Shown here: positions 10,699-19,882 of the stretch, piece by piece | Layout of the letters: the number at the start of each line of letters is the position of its first letter | Position numbering within the stretch: the first letter of the stretch is position 1 | Assembly: GCA_963678065.2 (NCBI GenBank) | Contig: CAXXVZ010000003.1 | Coordinates: forward strand, 1,568,001 to 1,632,000 | Length of the DNA stretch: 64,000 nucleotides | Source: Treponemataceae bacterium | Lineage (GTDB): Bacteria > Spirochaetota > Spirochaetia > Treponematales > Rectinemataceae | Direction of reading: 5' to 3' | Notes under the pieces: model-generated | What the model was told of the DNA's origin: nothing | Databases searched by the model: none | Seen by the model: only the letters and a program-made list of their open reading frames with translations | Program-made: the position numbers and the translations under genes

Positions 10699-10734
10699 GC
10701 GATGGCGATGGCGATGGCGATGGCGATGGCGATG
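10699..10734. repeat. Hexamer microsatellite (GCGATG)6
   Basis: Six perfect tandem copies between the rplS terminator and yraN. Confidence 0.95.
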
Positions 10735-10761
10735 AGGCAAAACTGCGACACAGGGCCGGGA

Positions 10762-10791
10762 TACAAAACAGCCCGCTCGGAGAGCGGGCTG
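10762..10791 (-). terminator. Intrinsic terminator downstream of rplS
   Basis: Minus strand CAGCCCGCTC-TCC-GAGCGGGCTG followed by TTTTGTA. Confidence 0.75.
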
Positions 10792-10842
10792 AATGTGCTG
10801 CGGCAAAGGGCATTCGGGTGAAAAACCCGGACGGCCTCGCTG

Positions 10843-11202
10843 CTATTGGTCTTTCTTGGTGGTGATGAGTTCCTTGACTTTGGACTTCTTTCCCACCTTG
10901 GTGCGGATGTAGTAGAGCTTGGCCCTGCGGACCTTGCCGGCGCGGATGACCTCGACCTTCTCGACGCGGGGTGAGTTCATCGGGAACACACGCTCGACGC
11001 CGACGCCGTAGGAAGTCTTGCGCACAGTGAAGGTGCGGCCGACGCTGACGTTCTTCTTGGCGATGACGAGGCCTTCGTATATCTGGACGCGCTCGGTCTT
11101 GCCTTCGACGATCTTGAAGTGCACCCGTACGGTGTCGCCGACATTGAATGGTTCAGCGTTCTCTTTGAGCTGTTCCGCCTGGATTTGCTGTATCAGGTTC
11201 AT
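10843..11202 (-). CDS. rplS: 50S ribosomal protein L19
   Basis: [31 protein letters not shown]. Confidence 0.99.
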   Translation of the reverse strand: MNLIQQIQAEQLKENAEPFNVGDTVRVHFKIVEGKTERVQIYEGLVIAKKNVSVGRTFTVRKTSYGVGVERVFPMNSPRVEKVEVIRAGKVRRAKLYYIRTKVGKKSKVKELITTKKDQ

Positions 11203-11983
11203 GACTTCCCCCTTCGGTCGTTATTTCGCGCAACATGTTCCGCACCTCTTCGGGAAGGTCGGCAGTCGCGAGCAGCTCGGGGCGGTAGGCGAGAGTCTTT
11301 TCCAGACTCTTCCTGAGCCTCCACCGGGCGATTTGTGCGTGGTTTCCCGAAGTCAGGACTTCAGGGACTTTTATACTATCATAAATTGCGGGTCGTGTAT
11401 ACTGGGGATACTCGAGAAGACCCGAACCGAGATTCGTTCCCGGGTCGGAATTGCCCTTCGGCCCGGAAGCTGGCCCTGAGCCGAAGCTCTCCTCGGAGAG
11501 GGATTCGCCCGAAATGACTCCCGGAATGAGGCGGTAGACCGCGTCGACGAGGACGAGGGCAGCGATCTCGCCGGAGGACAGGACATAGTCCCCGATCGAC
11601 ACCTCATCGGTCACGAAGGAATCGACGATCCGTTGGTCTACTCCTTCGTACCGTCCGCAGATGAGGACGAGTTCCGGCTCGCGGGCCAGGTCGCGCGCCA
11701 GAGCCTGGTTTAAGAGTCTGCCGGAAGGTGTGAGAAAGACCGTCCGCGCAACGGGCGAGCCCGCGGCGGCCAGGGCCCCGCCGAGCGGCTCGGGCTTCAT
11801 CAGCATGCCCGCCCCGCCCCCGAAGACCTCGTCGTCGCACTTGCGGTGCTTGTCCAGAGCATAATCCCTGATGTTGACGAGCTCGTAGCTCACAAGTCCG
11901 GACTTGACGGCCCTCGCCATGATCGAGCTTTCGAAGAAGCCCCTGAGAATCTCGGGGAAGAGCGAGAGGACGGTGATTTTCAT
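11153..11983 (-). CDS. trmD: tRNA (guanine-N1)-methyltransferase
   Basis: [55 protein letters not shown]. Confidence 0.97.
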   Translation of the reverse strand: MKITVLSLFPEILRGFFESSIMARAVKSGLVSYELVNIRDYALDKHRKCDDEVFGGGAGMLMKPEPLGGALAAAGSPVARTVFLTPSGRLLNQALARDLAREPELVLICGRYEGVDQRIVDSFVTDEVSIGDYVLSSGEIAALVLVDAVYRLIPGVISGESLSEESFGSGPASGPKGNSDPGTNLGSGLLEYPQYTRPAIYDSIKVPEVLTSGNHAQIARWRLRKSLEKTLAYRPELLATADLPEEVRNMLREITTEGGSHEPDTANPGGTAQRER

Positions 11984-12726
11984 TCTTCGAGCACCCAGGG
12001 CGCGAGCAGTTCTGCCGTCCCCGCTTCCAGATCCACCGTCCCGACGAACTCCTTGCGGAAGGGAACGAGGACCACCCGCCCGCCCGGCATCGACGCTTCG
12101 AGGCAAGGGTCGGCGGCTCCGTCGAAGACTCCCGCGACAGTGGCGACGGTCTTTCCGGAAGCCACAAGCTTCAGACCGACGAGGTCCCTGACATACCACT
12201 CGCCCTGACGGAGGGGCGCCCCTTTTTCCACCGGCACGACGATATCCATTCCGGCGAGGGATCGCACGGCCTCGGGGCTGTCGTAGCCCTCGAAGTAGAG
12301 AACGAGATTACCCGCACCCGCCTCGATGTCGGCGATCTTCACCTTCATGTGCCGTGCGGGATTGCCTGTCGACCCGCTCAGGTCTGCAGAAGAGGTTCTA
12401 GCCTTTGGCAGACCGGATTTTATCGTCCCGCCCTTCGCCCCGTTGCCGGAGCTCGCCCCGTTGCCGGAGCTCGCCCCGTTACCGGGGCGGCCGAATACCA
12501 CGACTCCATCCGCTCCGGTGATGGAAGCGAGGGCAAAACCAGGCCTGAACCGGGGACTGTCGCCGCCTGAGCTCTCATCGCCGGGGACGAGTTCCACCTC
12601 GTCGAGATCGAGGAAGTGTTCGTACTCTCCGGAGTAGCTCGTGACTTTCACGCCGCCCGAGACGCCCTTGGCGCCTCCGATCCGGCCTATCGCGACGGTT
12701 TCAACGCTTTTTTTTGCCTGCGGCAT
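11980..12726 (-). CDS. rimM: Ribosome maturation factor RimM with a large internal insertion
   Basis: IGRIGGAKGVSGGVKV N-terminus, GEWYVRDLVGLK and LVPFRKEFVGTVDL PRC barrel; canonical position between khpA and trmD. Confidence 0.92.
   Translation of the reverse strand: MPQAKKSVETVAIGRIGGAKGVSGGVKVTSYSGEYEHFLDLDEVELVPGDESSGGDSPRFRPGFALASITGADGVVVFGRPGNGASSGNGASSGNGAKGGTIKSGLPKARTSSADLSGSTGNPARHMKVKIADIEAGAGNLVLYFEGYDSPEAVRSLAGMDIVVPVEKGAPLRQGEWYVRDLVGLKLVASGKTVATVAGVFDGAADPCLEASMPGGRVVLVPFRKEFVGTVDLEAGTAELLAPWVLEE
12435..12488. repeat. 18-bp tandem repeat x3 inside rimM (GNGASS)
   Basis: TCGCCCCGTTGCCGGAGC twice, then TCGCCCCGTTACCGGGGC. Confidence 0.9.
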
Positions 12727-12825
12727 GTCTGTTCCGATCCGGGGAAGCTGCCTTCGGCCAGCCGCCTTTAAAAGATTTGGACCGGCTTTCCGCGGAAAAC
12801 CGGTCCGTCATTCGTGCGGGTGACT

Positions 12826-13059
12826 TCAGTCGAGAATCTCGAGAATGACCCGTTTGGTTGCGGCTCCGGAAGTTGCCGACAGGATCGTCCTGATGGCCTT
12901 GGCGATGCGGCCGTGTTTGCCTATCACCTTGCCGACGTCGTCGGTTCCGACACGGAGTTCGAGGATTGTGGACTTCTCCCCTTCGATCACGTTTATGTTG
13001 ACCGCGGAGGGGTCGTCGACGAGGGATTTGACGATGTATTCGACGAGATCGCGTTCCAC
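12826..13059 (-). CDS. khpA: KH-domain RNA-binding protein KhpA/YlqC
   Basis: DDVGKVIGKHGRIAKAIRT; GTG start; follows rpsP. Confidence 0.93.
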   Translation of the reverse strand: MERDLVEYIVKSLVDDPSAVNINVIEGEKSTILELRVGTDDVGKVIGKHGRIAKAIRTILSATSGAATKRVILEILD

Positions 13060-13120
13060 GATTGTCTCCTATGCGATGCCTTGACGTCAGGATGAGCCTG
13101 GCGTCCGTTGCGGCACGGCC

Positions 13121-13372
13121 TTATTTTACGTGGATGTTTTTCTTGTTGAGGAGGCCGCGGACAGTATCCGAGGGCTGTGCGCCCTTGGCGAGCCACTCTT
13201 TGGCCTTGGCTTCGTCGATGACGATCTGCTTTTCCTCGGTCTCGATCGGATGGTAGAGTCCGATTTCATCGATAGTGATGCTGTCGCGCGGGGCGCGGGC
13301 ATCCATGATCACGATCCTGTAATAGGGGCGGGCTTTGGCGCCGAATTTCTTGAGCCGGATTTTTACGCTCAC
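13121..13372 (-). CDS. rpsP: 30S ribosomal protein S16
   Basis: VKIRLKKFGAKARPYYRIV...W...GAQPSDTV; SD AGGAGG before GTG 13372. Confidence 0.98.
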   Translation of the reverse strand: MSVKIRLKKFGAKARPYYRIVIMDARAPRDSITIDEIGLYHPIETEEKQIVIDEAKAKEWLAKGAQPSDTVRGLLNKKNIHVK

Positions 13373-13463
13373 GGTATCCTCCTGGGACGGTTCGGGACGT
13401 GGACCCCTCTTGGAATGTCGCATCCCCGGGACAGGGGTCCGAATCGGGGAAAGTCGTCCCAAA

Positions 13464-13492
13464 TATATATACGAATTGCATGTCTTGGTCAA
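13464..13492 (-). promoter_or_regulatory. Putative sigma70 promoter of the rpsP operon
   Basis: Minus strand TTGACC-17nt-TATATA. Confidence 0.6.
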
Positions 13493-13629
13493 TCGTCCAT
13501 CCGGACGCCGCGCGGGTCGACGATCCCGGCCTCCAGCCGGTCGGGCGGCGCGGGCAGTCCTTGAACAGCGGACTTCCCGGCCAATATAGTGCAGCGTGAT
13601 GAATGCACATCTTCAGGGAGGATGGATAC

Positions 13630-14673
13630 ATGGACGCTGCTGCTGACGCCGGACCGGGCGGAGGCGACTCTTCCATCCCCTTCACGCCGAATAAGGATTC
13701 GGACCTCCTTCTCCTTGCCCCCATGGTCGGACTTTCCCACAGGCCGCTCAGGACTCTCGCGTTCGGCTTCGGCGGCCTCGACTTCGCCTTCACCGAGATG
13801 GCGAGCGCAGGCGGCTACGTCTCGGGTGCCCCCTTCGAGGAGTATTGGCTCGACACCATGCCCCGCCCGGCTGCCACGGGAATCCAGTTCTACACCATCA
13901 AGCCGGAGCACCTGGAGGCGGCATGCCGGCGGGTATCCGCTCTACCCGGAGCGCTTCTGCCGCGCGCCATCGACATCAACTTTGCCTGCTCGGCTCCCCA
14001 CATAAAGAGGGCCGGGGGAGGTTCCGACTGGATGACGAGGCCGGAGGAGGCCTACAATCTCGTCCGACTCGCGCGCGCATCCTGGCCGGGCCTTCTCACC
14101 GCCAAGATCCGATCCGGGCAAGATGACGACTACGGGCGGCTCTCGGAATTCTGCAGCGGCCTCGCCGGGGCCGGCCTCGACCTCCTCAGCATCCACCCCC
14201 GCCTGGACAGCCAGAAATTCAGGCGCAAGGCGCGAACCGACCACATCGCCCGCCTCGCAGCCGAACTTTCCATTCCCGTCGTGGGCAACGGCGATGTCCG
14301 AACTGTGGCCGACTGGAAGGCCATGAAAGATGCCTGCGGGCCCGCGGGAGTGATGATCGGGCGCGAAGCCGTCAGACGTCCCTGGATCTTCGCCCTCATC
14401 CGGGGGGCAGCGCGCGAGCCCGGCTTCACCCTCGAGATCGACCGCTTCGAGGTGGCCGAACGCCTATTGGACCTTGTTGCCGCAGAACTCCCGCCCGAAT
14501 GGCACGTGAAGGCGGCGCGTGCTTTTTTCCATTATTACAGCGACAATTTCAGCTTTGCCCACCACCTCAAGTGGAAACTCGTGAACGCTCCGGACATAGC
14601 CTCCATGCGCTCGCTGCTGGCCGTATATTTCGGCGAAGTCCCGCAGGATCGCATAAGCGTCGAGAGGGGCTGA
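13630..14673 (+). CDS. tRNA-dihydrouridine synthase family protein
   Basis: LAPMVG, TEM, IDINFAC (catalytic Cys), KIRSG, HPR, GNGDV, VMIGR. Confidence 0.88.
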   Translation: MDAAADAGPGGGDSSIPFTPNKDSDLLLLAPMVGLSHRPLRTLAFGFGGLDFAFTEMASAGGYVSGAPFEEYWLDTMPRPAATGIQFYTIKPEHLEAACRRVSALPGALLPRAIDINFACSAPHIKRAGGGSDWMTRPEEAYNLVRLARASWPGLLTAKIRSGQDDDYGRLSEFCSGLAGAGLDLLSIHPRLDSQKFRRKARTDHIARLAAELSIPVVGNGDVRTVADWKAMKDACGPAGVMIGREAVRRPWIFALIRGAAREPGFTLEIDRFEVAERLLDLVAAELPPEWHVKAARAFFHYYSDNFSFAHHLKWKLVNAPDIASMRSLLAVYFGEVPQDRISVERG

Positions 14674-14774
14674 AGGGCGGCAGTCTGATATCGGAATTCA
14701 GCCATTCACCGAACCCGGACGATCGGAGCGCGGCCATTATCCGGCCGCATTATTTGGCCGGCAGGCTCCTCTCT

Positions 14775-15407
14775 TCACAGGCTCAGTATTCGCTCCGACA
14801 GAAGATGCCCGGTTATCTCGTACATGTTGGAGACTCTGCCCGCCGCGAGCGCGTCTTTCAGGCTGAGAAGTTCGAGGCAGGTTCCGCAGACGAGGATCTC
14901 GACGCCGGCTTCCTCCAGGCGAGTCAGATTTCCGAGGGACTCCGAGCCCTCGACTGCCAGGCGCACGCCGTGGTTCATGAGGATTATCCTCGCGGGCGGC
15001 AGGTCATTCTCGGCGAGGGCGTAGATGAAGCCTCGCATGAGGAGGGCTCCCAGGGCATCGTCTCCGCGCCCGATTCTGTCGCAGGAAATGAAAACCGTGG
15101 CCCCAGCGACTGCGGCCGCGTCGACGGAACCTGGCGCCGCGACATGAACGTCCACGCCGCTTTCGGACCGCGCTTCCGATGCCCTCGCGTCGATGAGGAT
15201 GGCGATCGAGGGCGGCTCTCCGCTCACGCTGACGAGGGCGAACCCTGAATATTCCGCGAAACGGACCACATTTTCCCGGGCTGCCTCGTTGTCCACGAGG
15301 ACTTCGAGGAAGTCGAAGCCCCCTTCTTCCACGGCTTTTTTCGTGAGGACGACGGGTCGGGGACAGGCGAGACCGCGCGCATCGATACTCTTACGAGATT
15401 CGCTCAT
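14775..15407 (-). CDS. yedF: Selenium metabolism sulfurtransferase-like protein YedF (TusA + DsrE domains)
   Basis: IDARGLACPRPVV N-terminal domain; IGRGD..LG..LM..F, CGTCL and G.VSNMYEI C-terminal domain; same operon as selD. Confidence 0.88.
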   Translation of the reverse strand: MSESRKSIDARGLACPRPVVLTKKAVEEGGFDFLEVLVDNEAARENVVRFAEYSGFALVSVSGEPPSIAILIDARASEARSESGVDVHVAAPGSVDAAAVAGATVFISCDRIGRGDDALGALLMRGFIYALAENDLPPARIILMNHGVRLAVEGSESLGNLTRLEEAGVEILVCGTCLELLSLKDALAAGRVSNMYEITGHLLSERILSL

Positions 15408-15747
15408 ACCTTTTCTCCTTTCTGCGGAGGCCGGGCCCTTTAGTCTCGATGACGAGCCACAGACTCTCCCTGGTCAGTTCCGTCGCGGACTCGAGGACCT
15501 CCCGGAATGTCCGGACACCCGCGATAGCCTTTGCGCCGATCCCCGCATCCCTGCCGGCTCCCGGGTCAGGCCCCGCGACCCCGCCCGCCCCGGACACCAG
15601 GAGGCAGAAGCCGCAGGCGCTGGATATTTCGCGCGGCACGGGTATGAGTTCGACACGGAGGCCGAGAGCCTTCACGTTCCGCTCCGCGCGGATGGCCGCG
15701 TGGCTCGCGGCGTAGGTGACGATGAACGAGGCGCCTTCAGGGCACAA
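15391..15747 (-). CDS. DUF3343 family putative Se/S carrier protein
   Basis: SHAAIRAER...LIPVPREISSACGFCL. Confidence 0.8.
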   Translation of the reverse strand: MCPEGASFIVTYAASHAAIRAERNVKALGLRVELIPVPREISSACGFCLLVSGAGGVAGPDPGAGRDAGIGAKAIAGVRTFREVLESATELTRESLWLVIETKGPGLRRKEKRYERIS

Positions 15748-16858
15748 TCCTCACCTCCCCCGGAGAGCCTCCGCTCTCGCCGACTACCGCCGCGGTTATC
15801 CCGGCGGCGTGGAGTTCCGCGAGTGCGTCGCCGGCGGCAGACTCTGGCAGCGCAGCCAAGAGGCCGCCGGAGGTCTGGGGATCGAAAAGAACATCGAGAG
15901 TCGCGGGCGGAAGAGTCTCCCATCCCCGCAAGGCACGCAGCCTGCCTTCCTTGTTCCGCCACGCGCCTTCGGGGACGAGGCCCATCGCGGCGTAGTCTGC
16001 CGCGCCGGAGAGGAGCGGAACTTCGGAGACGAAAAGCCTGAGGCCGCAGTCCGGACCCGCAGCCATCTCGGCCGCGTGGCCGGCCAGCCCGAAGCCGGTG
16101 ACATCGGTGCACGCGGCGACCCGATACGCCGCCAGTATTTCCGCGGCGCGCTTGTTCAGCCGCGCCATCGAGGCTTCGGCCGCATCGGTGACATCTTTCG
16201 GGGCCAAGCCTGCGCGTACCGCCATATTGACGAGGCCCGTCCCGATCGGCTTGGTGAGGATGAGGGCCAGACCCGGCTTGAGCGTGTTGTTCCGCCAGGC
16301 CAGCTCCGGCCGCACGACGCCTGTGACCGCGTAGCCGAGCTTCGGCTCGCTGTCTTCTATGCTGTGGCCACCCAGAAGAGCGCATCCGGCCTCGATGAGG
16401 GCATCGAGGCCGCCTTCCATCATGCGCCTGAGCGCGGCGAGTCCCAGGGTCTTGACCGGAAAACACACGAGGGCGAGCGCGGTGAGAGGGCGTCCACCCA
16501 TTGCGTAGACGTCGGAGAGAGCATTGGCCGCGGCGATGCGCCCGAAGAGGAAGGCATCGTCGACGATGGGAGGAAAGAAGTCCACCGTCTGCACGAGGGC
16601 GAGATCGGCGCCCATCCGGAACAGCCCGGCATCCTCGCAGCCGCCGAAGTCGGCGATAAGGTCGGGATAGGCGGGTTGGGTGAGGCCGCAGAGAGCTTTT
16701 TCGAGCGTCCCCGGCCCCAGCTTGGCGCCGCAGCCAGAAAAACGCGTGTACGCGGTGAGCGCGGGTCCCAAGGGTTCCGCGTGCACGTCACATCCGCCGG
16801 CAGTCTTCGTCCCGGCGGATGTGGCGAGCCCGGAGGTCGAGTCTGGCTTTATGTCCAT
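15737..16858 (-). CDS. selD: Selenide, water dikinase (Cys-type)
   Basis: SGCGAKLGP (codon TGC, not TGA), EDAG, QTVDFFPPIVDD, AAANALSDVYAMGG, GGHS, TDVTGFGL, DPQTSGGLL. Confidence 0.97.
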   Translation of the reverse strand: MDIKPDSTSGLATSAGTKTAGGCDVHAEPLGPALTAYTRFSGCGAKLGPGTLEKALCGLTQPAYPDLIADFGGCEDAGLFRMGADLALVQTVDFFPPIVDDAFLFGRIAAANALSDVYAMGGRPLTALALVCFPVKTLGLAALRRMMEGGLDALIEAGCALLGGHSIEDSEPKLGYAVTGVVRPELAWRNNTLKPGLALILTKPIGTGLVNMAVRAGLAPKDVTDAAEASMARLNKRAAEILAAYRVAACTDVTGFGLAGHAAEMAAGPDCGLRLFVSEVPLLSGAADYAAMGLVPEGAWRNKEGRLRALRGWETLPPATLDVLFDPQTSGGLLAALPESAAGDALAELHAAGITAAVVGESGGSPGEVRIVP

Positions 16859-16908
16859 CGCCTGTCTCCTCTTGAGGCGCCATCCGGCGCCTTATCAAGT
16901 TGCGGGGC

Positions 16909-18051
16909 CTACAGTCCCACTATTTCCGCCATGGCGCGGATCGCCTCGTCCACATCGGCGTCGGTGGTAAAAAAACCCGGGGAAAAGCGGACCGCGCCGC
17001 CCATCCCGAAGGTCCCGATGCTGAGGTGGGCCGCGGGCGCGCAGTGCAGTCCCGCGCGCACCGCTATGTCGCGGCGGTCAAGCTCGCCGGCGATATCCGC
17101 GGGACTCAGGCCCGCCGCCGTCACTGTCACTATCGGCGTCCGTTCAACGCCGGGAGGCGGGCCGTAGACCTCGATGCCCGGCAAGTCGGAAAGGCCGCGA
17201 AGGAGACGATCCGTCAGGGCGGATTCACGCGCGCGTATCGCCTCCGGGCCTGTCTCCGAGATGAATCTCACGGCGGCGAGCAGTCCCGCCAGGCCGAGGA
17301 CGTTCGCCGTGCCCGCCTCGTAGCGGTCGGGAAGAAATTCCGGCTGCGCCTGCGATTCCGAAACGCTCCCCGTGCCGCCGCGGATCAGCGGCTCCGGGTC
17401 GAAGCCCGGCGCCGTGTAGAGTCCTCCGGTGCCGGTCGGGCCGAGCAATCCCTTGTGGCCCGGGAAGCAGAGGAAGCTGATTCCCATGTCATGCGCCGCA
17501 ATCGGGCGGTGTCCGACGACCTGGCTCGCGTCGACGCCTATGGGTATCCCGGCCGCCCGGCAGCGTTCGGCGATTTCCTCCACGGGGAGGAGGGCTCCGG
17601 TGACATTGCTCGCCATCGTGACGACGAGGAGATCGGGGCGGGCGGCAAGGATGGCGTCGAGTTCGGCGGGATCGGGTCGGCCCTCCTGGCTGCATCGGAA
17701 AGTGCGCACATTGACACCGCGCGTCGCTTCCAGCCAGCGAAGGGGGCGCATGACTGCGTTGTGTTCCAGCGAGCTCACGGCCACCGTCGAACCTGCGCGA
17801 ACCGAGCCCACTATCGCGAGATTGAGGCCTTCGGTCGCGTTTTTCGTGAATACGAGCCTCTCGGCCTGCCGTATTCCCAGGAGCCGCGCGGTCTCCTCCC
17901 TCGCATCGAACAGAAGCTCGCTCGCGCCGCGGGCCATACAGTGGCTCGCGCGGCCAGGATTGCCGCCGCACTCGAGCAGCTGCCGCAGCAGCGCCTCCGC
18001 CACTGTCGGCGCCTTGGGAAAACTCGTCGCCGCGTTGTCGAGGTAGATCAT
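16909..18051 (-). CDS. Cysteine desulfurase / selenocysteine lyase-like class V aminotransferase
   Basis: MIYLDNAATSFPK, NATEGLN, EHNAV, DASQ, GHKGLLGP.GTGG, RAGLHCAP. Confidence 0.92.
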   Translation of the reverse strand: MIYLDNAATSFPKAPTVAEALLRQLLECGGNPGRASHCMARGASELLFDAREETARLLGIRQAERLVFTKNATEGLNLAIVGSVRAGSTVAVSSLEHNAVMRPLRWLEATRGVNVRTFRCSQEGRPDPAELDAILAARPDLLVVTMASNVTGALLPVEEIAERCRAAGIPIGVDASQVVGHRPIAAHDMGISFLCFPGHKGLLGPTGTGGLYTAPGFDPEPLIRGGTGSVSESQAQPEFLPDRYEAGTANVLGLAGLLAAVRFISETGPEAIRARESALTDRLLRGLSDLPGIEVYGPPPGVERTPIVTVTAAGLSPADIAGELDRRDIAVRAGLHCAPAAHLSIGTFGMGGAVRFSPGFFTTDADVDEAIRAMAEIVGL

Positions 18052-18884
18052 GCCGGACGCGCCCCCCGGGCTAATATGGCTTCGAGGACTCCGCCGGCGA
18101 TAGCCCGCGCTTTGTCGGAGATGCTGTAGCAGTGCTCCCTGCGGCAGCGGGGATCCACGTCGGCTATCTTGAAGCCGACCGTCACCTCGAAGCCGGGGCG
18201 GATCAAGCCGCGCACCACGCCGTCGAAGGGAGAGACGACCACAGCGCGCCCGGAGCCCCGGACGGCAAACACCGCTTCGCCCGCGCGGCGCGAATCGCCG
18301 ATACCGCAGAGCGCCTCCACGACACCGTCAGACGGCGCCCGGAGCACACGTTCGGCACCGTAGCCGGCGATCACTCCCGGGACGCCCGTGTCCGGCTCGG
18401 CGGCTCCGCGCAGGATCACTCTGCCGAGGTCGTGCCCCCGGTTCGTCTCGACGAGGGCGTGGGCGTCGACCCCCGCCTCGAAACCGGGCCCGAGGGCCAC
18501 GACGATGGGCGCCATGCCTATCGATGTGCCGGTGTTCCGCTTTGCGAGTATGGCGTCGACAAGAGCCATAGGCCTGAGCGCTCCGACAGAGGCGCAGGCA
18601 GGGTCGGCCAAAAGGGGCACGATACCCGGCGCGAGGGCCGCGAGCGCTTCTTGTGCGTTACCGACGCGCAGAGCGCGCACGCCTTCGACCTCGGCGATTC
18701 CCTCGTACATCGCCTCGGCGAGAGCGACGGTCCGGCGTATCGCGGAAGGATGCTCCGTCTCCAGGGCGGCGACGAGGAAGCCGGCGCGAGAGAGTCGCAC
18801 GATGACACCCGTCGCGAGGTCGCCCGCCCCCCGAACGAGGACGAATCCCCTTCTTGCCGTATCCGCATGGCCGACGGCTCTCAT
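18048..18884 (-). CDS. yqeB: Selenium-dependent molybdenum hydroxylase maturation protein YqeB
   Basis: LVRGAGDLATG, AIRRTVA, VDAILAKRN.GT, LGPGF.AG.D, ET.RGH.LG, D.DPR, ISDKARAIAGGVLEA. Confidence 0.92.
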   Translation of the reverse strand: MRAVGHADTARRGFVLVRGAGDLATGVIVRLSRAGFLVAALETEHPSAIRRTVALAEAMYEGIAEVEGVRALRVGNAQEALAALAPGIVPLLADPACASVGALRPMALVDAILAKRNTGTSIGMAPIVVALGPGFEAGVDAHALVETNRGHDLGRVILRGAAEPDTGVPGVIAGYGAERVLRAPSDGVVEALCGIGDSRRAGEAVFAVRGSGRAVVVSPFDGVVRGLIRPGFEVTVGFKIADVDPRCRREHCYSISDKARAIAGGVLEAILARGARPA

Positions 18885-19882
18885 ATGACCAGGGCCCCCG
18901 CGGCGTTCCGCATACCGCCACCGCCGCCCTCCGTATCCAGCCGCCCGACTACCCTTCCGTGGCGCAGCGAGCAGAGAAGTACGCGTGTGACGGCGGACGA
19001 AGAGGATACCTGCGGCGTAAAATTCCCGCCCGACAAAGTCTTTTCGGATGAAGCCGCCAGGATGTCGAGCAATTCCCGGACGGCGCCGGGCGGAGCGCTG
19101 TCGTTCTTGTTCAGAAGGACGACGCGGCGCGCGCCCGGGGGGCAGCCTTTGAAGAGGCCCGACGGCGCGCGGATGAGCCTCGCGAGATGGATCGCCCCTA
19201 TCGGCTCTCCCTCCGCACAGCCTGTGAGAGCGCCGAACAGCTCGGGCCGGTGTACCATCCGCGCGTCCATCGGCGAGCCGAGACAGTCGAGCCCGATAAG
19301 CCCGACGACTGTGTCCGCGCAGTCCGGGATCACAGGTTCGGAAGGGGATGGCGCTTTGACCGAGAGCCCTCTCGCCCCGTCCGCTTCGACGAGCACGAGC
19401 TCGCAGAGCCCGCGCAAGAGCTCGATATGCGAGGGATGGACTCCCCGGAGCTTCCCCGATTCGGGGAGTGCGCCTGAGACCACGACGAGCGGCCCGGCCC
19501 CCCGCCGGGGCATGCGCCCCAGAGCGACACGATCGCTCATGCGCTCGGCGGGCTCTCCGAGCCGCGGGTCGATCAGCACCTCGTCGAAGCGTCTGTCCTC
19601 CTCCAGGCGCGGGTCGCGGATCATCGTCGTTGTCGTCGCTATCGTGCGAAAAGCCAGGGCGCACAGGGCCGTGGCGAACATGGCGCTCGTCTTCCCGCCT
19701 GCGCCTGTGAAGGCGACGACCTGGGCGCCTGCCCTCCTGTGGCCTTCAGACTCGAACAGACGCGTGCGGTCGCCCGGCACGGCCTCACCCGGGCTGTCGC
19801 CGTCCGGCGCTGCATCCCGCAGAGTCCCAGCCTGCGGCAGCACCCCCAGCTCTTCGGCCAGGTTCCCCTCATGCGTATGCAT
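18881..19882 (-). CDS. yqeC: Selenium cofactor biosynthesis protein YqeC
   Basis: GAGGKTS, TTTTMI, LVEADGARGLSVKAP...EPVIP, LFKG.P, LLNK.D. Confidence 0.88.
   Translation of the reverse strand: MHTHEGNLAEELGVLPQAGTLRDAAPDGDSPGEAVPGDRTRLFESEGHRRAGAQVVAFTGAGGKTSAMFATALCALAFRTIATTTTMIRDPRLEEDRRFDEVLIDPRLGEPAERMSDRVALGRMPRRGAGPLVVVSGALPESGKLRGVHPSHIELLRGLCELVLVEADGARGLSVKAPSPSEPVIPDCADTVVGLIGLDCLGSPMDARMVHRPELFGALTGCAEGEPIGAIHLARLIRAPSGLFKGCPPGARRVVLLNKNDSAPPGAVRELLDILAASSEKTLSGGNFTPQVSSSSAVTRVLLCSLRHGRVVGRLDTEGGGGGMRNAAGALVI

Noticed and set aside
10216..10821. ORFs with HRHRHR / MAMAMA / DGDGDG runs
   Set aside because: Translations of the intergenic hexamer repeat; they cross the rplS terminator.
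16729..16734. Possible selenocysteine in the SelD active site
   Set aside because: The codon is TGC (Cys). No in-frame TGA read-through candidate or SECIS was noticed in the cluster.
18048..19664. 538-aa ORF suggesting an N-terminally extended YqeB
   Set aside because: The upstream part is an alternative frame over yqeC; the real start is ATG 18884.
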